The notes under the pieces were generated by a model. It searched no databases, was not told the DNA's origin, and was given only the letters and a program-made list of their open reading frames with translations. The position numbers and the translations under genes are program-made. Below are positions 1 through 11,619 of a stretch of 64,000 bases of DNA, piece by piece. The stretch's first letter is position 1; each line of letters starts with the position of its first letter. The DNA lies in NCBI GenBank assembly GCA_044892525.1, contig CM097885.1:19654001-19718000 (forward strand). Direction: 5' to 3'. This stretch comes from Schmidtea polychroa (Eukaryota).

Positions 1-1
1 A

Positions 2-982
2 ACGACCAATAACACAAATATAAAATCAGCATTCCAAATCGCCTCTGGAAATTATTCCCAATATTCAGAGATCAAAATAATAAACGCCTTTAGGTATTTA
101 GCGTTTTTCTATACGAATCTGTTGCTCAGTTGTTTGATTGCTGCCATAATAATAGGATTTCTCAACTCTGTCATTCAATCATTTTTGATTTTGAGGAATT
201 ATCGCCTCCATTTTCAGAAAATAAGCAAAAAAGGATTTTCATCAATTATTGCACTGAGAAAGGCTCCAGGTAGCTCTGGACTGATATCTGGCTTCGTAAG
301 GTATAGCGGATATCAAGCTGCCTACATATTGTGGGGAATAATAGTTGTCATATTCTTTATGTTTTTATTTTTGTTCTTTTTGATTGGGGTCATCTTACTG
401 CCTCTGATATTTTTGGAAAACTCTTGGGTGAGGACATCCTTTTTACGTTCATTGCCCGTAATTTTTGGATCAATCTTTATTGCAGCGTTCCAAGCTATTG
501 TTGTTAGATTTGTATTTGTAAAAGAAAGAGGAACCCTAATGGAAATCAACAACCGAAGAGCATTCATGATTTATGCACATTGTGCCTTCTTTCTCAATGT
601 GATGATGGGATTTTTCAATTCAATAAAGCGAATGATTATGTCGATATTCAATTTTGTGTTTTGTTTCTCTAGAATTGACTTTAATACTTTGCCAATCTAT
701 TTGCAAGGGCTAGACAGCGGTTACATGAGCTATATTGGGTTCCTCTATACCCTGCAGTACCATCAAAATCCTATCATGAAATGCTTTGTTGATATTTTGG
801 TAGAAAACCATAAGAGAAGAAAGTCTATCTCGAACCATTCTGATAAAAATCTGAATCACAAAAATGCGATCGAGAGAAAATATCGGGTCAAATGGCATAT
901 GGCGTTGACATTGATCAATAACCCTCAACTTCAATCCAATCGAAAAAAGTTGGATATTATATTAATATCTAGAACTTTATAA
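2..982 (+). CDS. STRA6-like multi-pass membrane receptor, paralogue 1 (5'-partial, intronless)
   Basis: Frame is open from base 2 (TTNNTNIKSAFQIASGNYS...). STRA6-family motifs: FVRYSGYQAAYILWG (cf. FSAYQTAFICLG), INNRRAFMIY (cf. LTNRRVLY), LDSGYMSY, HQNPIMKCF, KWHMALTLINNPQL (cf. RWGLAYTLLHNPTL). Confidence 0.85.
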   Translation, partial: TTNNTNIKSAFQIASGNYSQYSEIKIINAFRYLAFFYTNLLLSCLIAAIIIGFLNSVIQSFLILRNYRLHFQKISKKGFSSIIALRKAPGSSGLISGFVRYSGYQAAYILWGIIVVIFFMFLFLFFLIGVILLPLIFLENSWVRTSFLRSLPVIFGSIFIAAFQAIVVRFVFVKERGTLMEINNRRAFMIYAHCAFFLNVMMGFFNSIKRMIMSIFNFVFCFSRIDFNTLPIYLQGLDSGYMSYIGFLYTLQYHQNPIMKCFVDILVENHKRRKSISNHSDKNLNHKNAIERKYRVKWHMALTLINNPQLQSNRKKLDIILISRTL

Positions 983-1326
983 AGAGTTATGAAATTGGGT
1001 TATTTTTTATTATTCTTTTGAATTAAATTTTAATTGGTATTCCCAATCTTATCATTTCTATCTAATGTAAGGATCAAATTTTTGATTCATTACAGACGGT
1101 GGCCATTCCTTTGACCATTCCTTCTCGTATTTTGAGAACTGTCAGTTTTTTTAATTTTCATGTAAGTCTTCCAGGTGTAGGTAGTAAGAAAATTTGAAAA
1201 GTTCCTTCATGTTTTATATCGTGTTTCTTTGAAAAAAAAACTCTGGCTTATATTAAGCTTTGGTTCAAAATACACATTAGGGCTTCTTTTCGGGTAATGT
1301 CTTACTTTTCATATAAAACCAAATAG

Positions 1327-1708
1327 TCATTCAAACACATTCATATCATCTTCGTCTGGAACATCACTAAATCCCATCAAACATCGAACTCTGCCCTAAA
1401 TTTCTTGCTTTTCTATTTGCTGTAGAATTATTGGTCCTAATCTTTCATGTACCGCAACATAATTCCCTTTAATTGAGCACTACTAATCAGTATAGCCTGC
1501 TCGTAGTGCATTTGCAATACAAATGACCTTGGTTTTATCTAAAAGATTCTTTGCCCAATTCACAACTTCCTATAGGCCAGGCTTCATGAAATTGCCACAT
1601 GCATTTCTTTTCATTCTCTTCTTACAGTCATTGAATTCAATGTACAAATGATCCTTGAAAGACTTTTTTATTGCCAAGTCCAGAGTCTGGAAATAGATAG
1701 TCATTCCT
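1327..1708 (-). mobile_element. pogo/Tigger-type DDE transposase C-terminal remnant
   Basis: Minus-strand translation with one frameshift and a stop: GMTIYFQTLDLAIKK.FKDHLYIEF...GNFMKPGL*EVVNWAK...NALRAGY, matching the pogo DDE_1 C-terminus. Confidence 0.6.
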
Positions 1709-2011
1709 GTTAACAAATTAACATGATAGCAATATTAATTTTGTGTAAATAATCGTAACATTTTGATGATAATATTTAAAAATTTATTGTGATTATCTTT
1801 GTAAATGGGCAATTTTATCAATAGATTCATATCATTATATTATTATAAATAATAATAATAATTTATTAAAAAGAGTGAAGACTATAAATCAGTAATATCG
1901 ATGTTTTTGATATATTACTGACTCATAGACTTCAAGCTCTTTTTAATAAATTCAAGGGAAAAAAATTAGTGGTGAAATTGAAAAAAAAGTTCTTATAACA
2001 ATAATAATAAT

Positions 2012-2191
2012 AAAACAATAAAGTGATAATTTAAGCCTTTTGCTGCTAATAATGTATTTAATGAAAATATTTTCGACTATACGATAGTCCTTGACTATAA
2101 GATAGATTGACAAGGACTATCTTATAGTCGAAATTGTTTCGTTAAATACTTTATTTGCAGCAAAAGGCTTAAATTATCACTTTATTGTTTT
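2012..2191. repeat. Imperfect foldback palindrome, about 80-bp arms and 17-nt loop
   Basis: aaaacaataaagtgataatttaagccttttgctgc...cgactatacgatagtccttg pairs with caaggactatcttatagtcg...gcagcaaaaggcttaaattatcactttattgtttt. Confidence 0.8.
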
Positions 2192-2226
2192 AAATAATAA
2201 ATGCTACTACCAAGAAATCATCACTT

Positions 2227-2262
<36 letters not shown>

Positions 2263-2577
2263 TGTGAGGTGTTTTGTAATTTGTATTAAAATAATGGTAT
2301 GATGTTGTACATGTTTGATTGTATGCTGAAATCCTTACTTATCCATTAATTATTATTTTTTAGAAACTCCTCAAACAAATTAACGTTATAATTTGTTTTA
2401 ATAATATTTCTGTTTTAATAATAAATGTGTTAATATAGTTTTAGTTATGGATTCTATTAATACCCGTAGCTCTGTGGCTAATAATAATAATAATAATAAT
2501 GTAGCAGTATATTAATTTTATATTATTATATGAGCAACAAAAGTAAGCTCGTATTTTCAAATAAGATTAATATTTTT

Positions 2578-4327
2578 GGATCATAAGTCAAATTTCCCCC
2601 CAGGGGGAAATTTGACCATTGATTTTAATTAAATAAATTTTATTAATTTAATAAATTTAAAATATTGATTGTATTTTTATAATTCCTATTTTTTAATCCT
2701 TTCAATGCAAAATTTTTACACTGAAATACTGGAACAAATAATAGTTGGTAATGTTGATATCCAATATGAATTTTTGCTGAATTTTGGCATTTTGAAAAGA
2801 GAAATAAAATGTAATTACTGTAATGAAAGAATGAAGGTGAGGATTTGTAAAAAAGTAAAAGATGGTAGAGTTTTATTTTGTTCAAAGAAAGATTGTTCAA
2901 AATATAAAACTACAAAATCTGTTAGAACAGAAAGTTTTTTGGACAATTTTAACATCACCTTTAAGGATATTTTGAAAATTTTTTGGAAATTTTCTCAAGA
3001 AGTATGTTGTTCAACCTTTCTATCGGAACTTGATTGTGCAGAAAAGGTATTATATAAATTATATGGAAAATTGCGTGGTTTATGCCATGATTATTATATG
3101 GAAAATATTGAAATGATTGGTGGTCCTGGACATATTATTAATCTTGATGAATCAATGTTCAGGCATAAACCAAAATACCACAGAGGAAGAGCAACGGATC
3201 ATGAGATCTGGGTGTTTGGAATTGTGGATTCTAGTTATGTGCCTGCAAGAGGTCTAATGTTTGTTGTTCCTAATCGATCTTCTCAAACACTATTGCCTAT
3301 TATACAACAACATGTAATTCCTGGATCAATTATTCACACCGACGAATGGCGTGCTTATAATAACATTTCTAATGCCGGATTTGAGCATCATAAGTAGATA
3401 GATAGGGCACCGCTAGATCAGGACTCCGCTGGATCACATACCCCCCACCCCCCCCATAGGGGAAATTTTAAAATTCTTTTCAAGGTCAAATTTTTTAATG
3501 TAAAGTTCATTTTTTTTTTAATTTGAAATTTGAGAGTTCCCGACAAGAGATATTATTATTTGAAAATAAAGGTCTTTGAAACACAGGGATTATTATTATA
3601 TATACTCTGAGTTTATCCGACAAGATATTCTGTCCCCCTATGGGTATTGCTCACAAAGGTACTGGTCACANNNNNNNNNNNNNNNNNNNNNNNNNNNNNN
3701 NNNNNNNNNNNNNNNNNNNNNNNNNNNNNNNNNNNNNNNNNNNNNNNNNNNNNNNNNNNNNNNNNNNNNNNNNNNNNNNNNNNNNNNNNNNNNNNNNNNN
3801 NNNNNNNNNNNNNNNNNNNNNNNNNNNNNNNNNNNNNNNNNNNNNNNNNNNNNNNNNNNNNNNNNNNNNNNNNNNNNNNNNNNNNNNNNNNNNNNNNNNN
3901 NNNNNNNNNNNNNNNNNNNNNTTAGTTTTCATAAAAATGATAATAAATTAAGACATTAAAAGATATATTAAATCACAGATCAATTCGATAATAATACGTC
4001 ATATCAATATCATTGCCATCATTGGCATCATTGAAATTTGGACTTCGACCTCCGAATATTGAATCATATTGGGCGAAGCAAAAGCAACGTCAAAAAACAA
4101 TGAAGGGCATAAGAGGTAAAAAATTAAGTGAATATTTAGCGATGTTTAATTGGTGGGATAATGTTTGTCAAAAAAACTTTCAAAAAGTTATTGAATTAAT
4201 TAAATTATTTAATTAATTTTTTTTTGTTTGTCATTGAATTAATTAAATTATTTAATTATTTATTATTCTTTTATTGGGGGAAATTTGACCATTGATCAAA
4301 AAAGGGGGGAAATTTGACTTATGATCC
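2578..4327 (+). mobile_element. Merlin (IS1016/ISXO2-like) DNA transposon
   Basis: TIR GGATCATAAGTCAAATTTCCCCCC at both ends; 8-bp TSD ATATTTTT on both sides; contains an ISXO2-like DDE ORF. Confidence 0.88.
2669..4216 (+). pseudogene. Merlin transposase, interrupted at about 3394-4055 by unrelated sequence plus an N gap
   Basis: CxxC zinc-ribbon (CNYC...FCSKKDC), INLDESMF, KYHRGR, WVFGIVD, IIHTDEWRAY. The C-terminus resumes at about 4056 (NIESYWAKQK...LSEYLAMFNW). Confidence 0.8.
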
Positions 4328-4588
4328 ATATTTTTTAATTAAATTCTGAATCTTTAAGATGTTTCATTTATTTTAATTGTGACAGTAGATCACAAAATAA
4401 TTAAGCCAAAAATTAAACCAATGAATTTTCTGCGGCTTTAAGGAGAGCCGCAGTTTAGCCACCTCTGCTATATATTATTTATAACTCCTATATTTTATAT
4501 AAAGCAAGAGATCAGATTTCAGGAATTTATAAGATTTAATAATTTAAAAATGAATCAAATTATCAATAAAGAAATGAAAATAAAGTTT

Positions 4589-6550
4589 TTATGTTTTTTC
4601 CGTTATTAATTTGACATGTTTTTTCTTGCGTTGAACTTGCAATTGACAGTTATTAATCAATGTCAACGCTACCTGCCATTTGATCCGATATTTTCTTTTA
4701 GTTGTATTTTCTTTATCTATATAAATGTTGGAATTGGAAGATTTATAATTTGTTTCATAGTTATCTACCAAAATATCAACAAAGCATTTCATGATAGGGT
4801 TTTGATGGTACTGAAGGGTATAGAGGAACCCAATGTAGCTCATGTATCCACTGTCCAGCTTTTGCAAATAGATTGGCAAACAATTAAAGTCAATTCTAGA
4901 GAAACAAAACACAAAGTTAAACATCCAAATAATCATTCGCTTTATTGAATTGAAAAATCCCATCATCACATTCAGAAAGAAGGCACAATGTGCATAAATC
5001 ATGAATGCTCTTCGGTTGTTGATTTCCATTAGGGTTCCTCTTTCTTTTACAAATACAAATCTAACCAAAAGTCTTTGAACGATTACCGAAATGATTGACG
5101 CTGTTATAATGGGTAAGGATTGTAAAAATAACTTTCTGATCCAAGAGTTTTCCAAAAATATCAAAGGCAGTAAGATTATCCCAATCGTTATAAATAAAAA
5201 GAGAAATATAAAGATTATAAAAATAATTATCCCCCACAATATGTAGGCAGCTTGATAGCCGCTATACTTCACGAAACCCGATACCAATCCAACACTACCT
5301 GGAGCCTTTCTCAGTGCAATAATTGATGAAAATCCTCTTTTGCTAATTTTCTGAAAATGGAGGCGATAATTCCTCAAAATGAAGAATGATTGAATGACTG
5401 AGTTAAGAAATCCCCCAATGAATGCAAATATTAAACAACATAACAGAAGGTTTATGTAAAAAAACGATAAATATCTGTAGGCGTTCACCGAATCAGCAGC
5501 CGAATATTGAGAAAGATTTCCTGAGGTCACTCGAAACGCAGTTTCCAAATCTAAATCAATTTCATTAAACCTTTTATTCAACAAATAAATGAAGGTCCAC
5601 ATTTCTGGGGTAAATGAAATAATTAGCTCCATGAAGATTCGATAAGCAAAATATAATCCAACCGATATCCCAATTGCCATTAAAGGAGGAATTCGGAAAC
5701 CGGAAATTTTCACATAAACTATTTTAGTAATTTTCTCATTAATCTTCTTGAAAGTTAACTTTTGTTGGAATGTTTTCTCGTTGTTTTCATCTTGATTCTT
5801 TCTGCTTAATAGTTCCTTGACGTATTGCCTACTGTCCTTATCGATGCAATGAATGAACTCTGATTTCTCAATGTTTTTCAATTTGTTTCCTTGGACATGC
5901 TTGAATATTTTCCATACAAATATTATAATCAAAACTAAATTAATTATAAAACAGACAATATGGATAAATGAAAATGGAATGATGTCTGCTCTATTTACGC
6001 AATTTAATTGCGTAATGAAGGATATTGCCTTATTACACAGGCATAGTGCGGAAAATATCAGCCCCATGTAATAGCCAATCAAATGCTTTGCGCAAATTCC
6101 GGTAAATATTGGATAATACGTTATTGATAGAATTATAACTAACAGCAATTTTAATAAAACTTTGACGCTCGGTTTTGTGGTATCTTTAATTTCGTTATTA
6201 AAATTGGTTTTATAAATCTCTTCGGAAAACGAGAGAAAAGCAATAACATACGCGTACCTGTTTTCATTGCTGTTTATCATATCCATCGGTACCGGTAATC
6301 CTGGTCGGCCATGGCATGAGTCGACGTGGAATGATACCCGTTTCGTTACAAATGCAAAACAGACAGTGAATAACATTGAAAAAACTGAAAGTGAATACAT
6401 AACAATATTGGTCTTGTAGTCTTTTGAAAGGCATTCAGGTGGAGAAGTTTCGTTAGCTTTTGTCAAATGTGATATCTCAATCAACTTATAAATTTCCTGA
6501 ATTGAAAACAAAATGTACCTTTCGAACTGTAATAACCTTTCCATTTCCAT
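4589..6550 (-). CDS. STRA6-like membrane receptor, paralogue 2 (653 aa, intronless)
   Basis: Full ORF with many hydrophobic helices; GRPGLPVPMD (cf. STRA6 GRPGLPSPVD), YVKELL, YSGYQAAY, NNRR, LDSGY, KWQVALTLINN. Confidence 0.88.
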   Translation of the reverse strand: MEMERLLQFERYILFSIQEIYKLIEISHLTKANETSPPECLSKDYKTNIVMYSLSVFSMLFTVCFAFVTKRVSFHVDSCHGRPGLPVPMDMINSNENRYAYVIAFLSFSEEIYKTNFNNEIKDTTKPSVKVLLKLLLVIILSITYYPIFTGICAKHLIGYYMGLIFSALCLCNKAISFITQLNCVNRADIIPFSFIHIVCFIINLVLIIIFVWKIFKHVQGNKLKNIEKSEFIHCIDKDSRQYVKELLSRKNQDENNEKTFQQKLTFKKINEKITKIVYVKISGFRIPPLMAIGISVGLYFAYRIFMELIISFTPEMWTFIYLLNKRFNEIDLDLETAFRVTSGNLSQYSAADSVNAYRYLSFFYINLLLCCLIFAFIGGFLNSVIQSFFILRNYRLHFQKISKRGFSSIIALRKAPGSVGLVSGFVKYSGYQAAYILWGIIIFIIFIFLFLFITIGIILLPLIFLENSWIRKLFLQSLPIITASIISVIVQRLLVRFVFVKERGTLMEINNRRAFMIYAHCAFFLNVMMGFFNSIKRMIIWMFNFVFCFSRIDFNCLPIYLQKLDSGYMSYIGFLYTLQYHQNPIMKCFVDILVDNYETNYKSSNSNIYIDKENTTKRKYRIKWQVALTLINNCQLQVQRKKKHVKLITEKT

Positions 6551-7599
6551 CGTAATGATATTTTTCTTAATGAAATATTTTTGTGACTATTTATTTCATT
6601 TTATCAAAGTCATGAACCAATTTGCTGATAAAATTCTATGAAATTTCGTTAGACGACTATAAGATCAAAAAAGATCACAAAAAAATAATAAAAAATCATA
6701 AAATTGACAGAAAATAAAATTTATTTATTATCATATATTTTGGACAGTATTTTAATGTCAATTTTATATGGTATTGTTTGGTTGCTGTATGACCGTTATT
6801 CAGTGTGAGAAAATTAGTCAATTCGTAGATCAAGTTGGAAGGCGTATTGGTACATATAATAACGACGAGCTTATGTATTACCAGAAAGTTTTCAAACGAG
6901 AGAGGGACAAAAAATAAACGTTGTAACTACAGTGACGGGCTAAGGGGTTGAACATCCTCAAATGGCACTAGCCTTTAAGGTGGAGTTTTCGGTTTTAAAA
7001 ATCAATATAATTTTAAATTAACAATTCTAAAAGTGACACCATTCGTGACCAAGGAATGAAACTCAAAAACTAAATACTACTGTAACTTAAAATTGTGTAG
7101 TCTAAAAAATCTGACAGGTTTACATTTCTAACTTCATTTCACTTACGTACCTATAATGTTAAAAAAATCATCTGTGTGCTGATGTATTATTATTATGACC
7201 TAATTCCGGAATATAAGAGTTTCTATAATCTTAAAAAAATCGATAAAGTTATCGTATAGGAACACACAAACTTACCTGTGTGTAAAAATGTAATGTTTCT
7301 AGACTTAAAAGTTTTTATATACACCTAAATCCAGAATATAAAAGTTTCTATAATCTAAAAAAATCGATAAAATTATATTATAGCAACACACAAACTTACC
7401 TGTGTGCAAAAATTTAATGTTCCGAATGTTAAAAGTTTTATTATAGGAATTGAGAAAGTGACAGAAAAATAATTTTACATACAAACACAGCACACATAAT
7501 ATAAAATACACGCAAATTTAATATAGCTTTTTTTATTCCAAAAGTAGAGAGTCATTAACATACTGTTAACATATCATTAATTTAAAATTATTAAAATTC

Positions 7600-8102
7600 A
7601 TGGCTGAAAAAAATTTGGATTTTGAATCTGACAACTCAACTTTGAGTTTTCGAGAAATGGACGACAAAACATCGTAAGATCTATTTATAAGATATTTTTG
7701 AAGTTAATATTTCTTTAGATTTTCAGATATTTCTTTGGATACATTTCCATTTTGCGAAGGTGAAGATCTGACAATGTAAGAATTTTTTTATTTAATTACA
7801 AATAATTAAAATATTTTACAGCATATCAGATATTTCTAGTCAAACGCCTTTGTGTGAAGATATTCAACAAGTTCCATCGACATCTTTGGAATTGAAGAAA
7901 AAAATTTGAAAATCGTAAATTTTAATAACTTATTTTAAAAAAATAATATTTTCAAAGAATTTCAGAAAATGACAAAATCCGTCTCATCAATGCATATGAA
8001 AATGGAGAAAATTATAAAGATTTTGGAAGATTACTGGTAATCTCCGAAAAATCGATTGAAACCATTATCTATAGATACAAAAAATATGGTGAAGTTTCCT
8101 AA
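7600..8102 (+). pseudogene. 4-exon gene with mini-introns ending in a Tc1/IS630-like helix-turn-helix; one in-frame TGA
   Basis: GT-AG introns 7674-7718, 7776-7821 and 7915-7957 (45, 46, 43 nt; all phase 2) keep one frame from ATG 7600 to TAA 8102. Last exon ISENDKIRLINAYENGENYKDFGRLLVISEKSIETIIYRYKKYG is HTH-like. Confidence 0.6.
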
Positions 8103-8479
8103 ATGTCTTAAAAAAATAAATGTGTTTGGTGATTATTTTATTTCTTTTTAGTTAAAAATATATCTAACTTACATTTTATTGAAATAATTCCAAATTCATA
8201 ACATATCATAAAATACCTAAAAAATCATCTGAAATTTAATTATCAATATATTAATTGCTGATTACAAGTAATATTTAAAAGCTTGAATAATTATCTCATA
8301 ATTATATAAAATCAAAATTCAAGCCTTAAAATATACTTAAATTTAAAAAACTTACTTCTAAAATCATAAATAAAATTGAAATTGAAAATCAAAAAATAAA
8401 ATAAACTCTCTCATAAATGGTGAGTCATCGATTGATGAACACACCAACATGTATTATAGAGACATTTAACATGTGGAAT

Positions 8480-8960
8480 TAGGTGTATGAATTGAGAAAG
8501 CGGCAGAAAATAATGTTACATACAAACGCAGCAGACATAATAATCCGAAACATAAAAGTAATTAACATATTGTTAACATAGTATTATTTTTAATATATTA
8601 AAAAATCATAGATGAAAATATATTTTATCCAGAATCGGACAGCTCTACTTTGAGCAGTAGAAAAAAGATGGTAAAACATCGTAAGATCTAATTATAAAAT
8701 AATTTTGAATTTAATATTTCTTTATATTTTCATATTTCTCTAAAAATACTGCCTTTTTGCGAAGGTAAAGATCTGACAATGTAAGGTTTATTCATTAAAT
8801 TACAAATAATTAAAATATTTTACAGTATATCAAATATTTCTCTGAAAACGCTGCCTTTGGGTGAAGGTAAAATTTCAAATATTGAAAAAATTCTTCAATA
8901 TCTTTGGATTTGCAGAAAAAAATTCGAAAATCGTAAATTTTAATAACTTATTTAAAAAAA
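8480..8960 (+). repeat. Diverged direct duplicate of about 7445-7960 (promoter and exons 1-3 of the mini-intron gene, without the HTH exon)
   Basis: Shared strings gaattgagaaag..cagaaaa, aaaacatcgtaagatct, gcgaaggt.aagatctgacaatgtaag, gaaaatcgtaaattttaataacttattt. Confidence 0.75.
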
Positions 8961-9715
8961 AATATTTTCATAGAATTACATAATTTAAAATTAATTTGAT
9001 TATCGATGGCATCGTTGACTTGTAGACTAATTGTTGAACTCGCAAGATCATCATTTCGCAGTTGAAATATTTATTATAAAATGATGATAATAAAATAATA
9101 GTGATTATTAGAAGCTGCTAACACGTCTTCTAAATAATTTTTAAATGAGGTTCAAAAGTTCCAAACGTCATAATTCCAAGTATTTCTTTAATGAAATATT
9201 GTATAATTTCCAAACAAATTTTCAGCGTTGAATAAATATTTTAAAAACCATTTATTAAAATTTCGATATTTAAAATATATTTATTTAAAATTGATTTACT
9301 AATAAAAGCTTGTTTAAGTTTTTAATTTAAAAATTTAAAAATTTCAATTTAAAAAATTCAATTGAAAGATGTTTTTAAAAGTAATTTTAAATAGTCAATT
9401 ATTTATCATTTAAAATTATTTTAATAAATCATTGAAATATTCAATTCTCAGCNNNNNNNNNNNNNNNNNNNNNNNNNNNNNNNNNNNNNNNNNNNNNNNN
9501 NNNNNNNNNNNNNNNNNNNNNNNNNNNNNNNNNNNNNNNNNNNNNNNNNNNNNNNNNNNNNNNNNNNNNNNNNNNNNNNNNNNNNNNNNNNNNNNNNNNN
9601 NNNNNNNNNNNNATAATATTAAACAATTAAATGATAATTTAAGCATTTTGTTGTCAAGTATATATTTAATAAAATATAAATTTTATCACTAACATATATA
9701 TATAATTATATATAT

Positions 9716-11483
9716 CAGTGGCGTACGCAGGATGAATCCATGGGGGGGTTATATATATATATATATATATACAGGGCCGCCAAGAGGACTTTTGGGGCCT
9801 GAGGATATACTTCTTGTGGGGGCCCCTGCCAAGAGCGTGAAAAAAAATTTTCCCCTCGTACTTTGTGCTATTTATAAATGAAGCGGGAAACCGAAAAATG
9901 TCCTAATTGTTATTGGAACAATGTATTCATCAAAAATTCTCTTACAAAAATGAAAACGTTTACAACTAAAATTACAAAAAAAGTACAAATAACAAATTAT
10001 TTTTTAGAATGTTGCTTTCCGAACCTTGCGCCTAGCAAACAAATTAATTACGTCTTGAAAATCAATTTTCTTAGCCATTTCAGATTCAATCGACAACTTT
10101 CCTAAATCATTCAATCGGTGTTGTGACATTGTGGATCTCAAAACATCTTTTATCCTTTTTAAAACACTAAAAGATCGTTCTGCTTCAGCAACGGTTACAG
10201 GGATCGTACAAAATAATCTTATTGCTATTATTATGTTGGGAAACAATACATCTAGTTTCATTTTTTAATAATGTTTAGTAACTCAATGGGCGAGAGAGAT
10301 TTGTTTTGTATATTGGCATCATAAATTGATTTTAAATGGAGTATTTGTTCACCAAGATTATGGTCAATATTATTTTCATATGCCTTTTGTAATTTTTCGG
10401 ACTTCTTTTGTATTTCTTCATCATTAAGGTTATGAAATAACCATAATACATTAAATAACGAATCAATTTCTTTAGTCGCATTAAATCTTCTTGTAATATT
10501 TCCAATAATACAATCTAAGAAAACATTGAAAACATTTGTTCTGAATTCGTAACTTGGTGTCATTTCTAATTCATCCACGTCGCGAATATCGGAGTCGATG
10601 GTGGTCTCCCATTGACTGCTAATTACTAATAATCGAAAATTAGACTTCAGCACTCCAGCACCGCTAAAGAAATGCTTTGTAGCCCAACGCTTAGGTTAAT
10701 TTCTTATTCACTTTCGGCTTAGTTCACAAACACGATTACTTTATCCGCTTCTTCCTGGAGATTTTCACATTGATCAAACAACTACACTTACTACACTATT
10801 AATGTTTGTAATTTTTCTTTTAGTTAAATAATAATAGAGTTTGTAAATAATGAAACAGGCTCAAAATGTCAAAAACTAGTGATAGCAAGCACTTGACTCT
10901 TGACAAACAAAAGATTGCCACATGTGCTTACCATTACTGCAAGATGCGTTTGTGCCGCGTAGAATTTTTCGCAACGGGGATTCCGAAAGCAATGTTGGCA
11001 ACGGACACTCTCCAGACGTACCCCACACACACGCACTACAAAAGGAGGAACATAGTTCCTACAAATTGAAATCATGATTTTTCATAAAAAAATCAAGTGA
11101 TTTAAATCATGATAGAATTTTTCTCCGGGGCCCCGGGTATTTTCCCCATCAACCCCCCCCCATTAGCGTACGCAGGGGGGTACTGGGGGTTTAACCCCCC
11201 CANNNNNNNNNNNNNNNNNNNNNNNNNNNNNNNNNNNNNNNNNNNNNNNNNNNNNNNNNNNNNNNNNNNNNNNNNNNNNNNNNNNNNNNNNNNNNNNNNN
11301 NNNNNNNNNNNNNNNNNNNNNNNNNNNNNNNNNNNNNNNNNAAATTTTCTTTTCACGCTCTTGGCAGGGGCCCCCACAAGAAGTATATCCCCGGGCCCCA
11401 AAAGTCCTCTCGGCGGCCCTGTATATATATATAAACCCCCCCCTATATATATATAAATAATATATATAAACCCCCCATGGATT
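9716..11483. mobile_element. Outer small hAT-type MITE (CAGTGGCGTACGCAGG terminus) disrupted by a nested hAT; right end runs into a gap
   Basis: cagtggcgtacgcaggatgaatccatggggggg-(TA)n at 9716 is mirrored by (TA)n-ccccccatggatt at 11466-11483, just before the N run. Confidence 0.55.
9772..11421 (-). mobile_element. Internally deleted hAT transposon inserted in (TA)n
   Basis: Imperfect TIRs of about 80 bp (CAGGGCCGCC.AGAGGACTTTT.GGGCC...). Transposase C-terminal fragment at 10004-10653 with the hAT dimerisation motif FPNIIIAIRLFCTIPVTVAEAERSFSVLKRIK.LRSTMSQ.RL, split by a frameshift at an A-run. Confidence 0.85.
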
Positions 11484-11619
11484 NNNNNNNNNNNNNNNNN
11501 NNNNNNNNNNNNNNNNNNNNNNNNNNNNNNNNNNNNNNNNNNNNNNNNNNNNNNNNNNNNNNNNNNNNNNNNNNNNNNNNNNNNNNNNNNNNNNNNNNNN
11601 NNNNNNNNNNNNNNNNNNN

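Noticed and set aside
2669-3397. Bacterial IS1595-like transposase suggesting contamination or a prokaryotic window
   Set aside because: TIRs, 8-bp TSD and eukaryotic context (spliceosomal introns, hAT, Gypsy) fit the eukaryotic Merlin superfamily.
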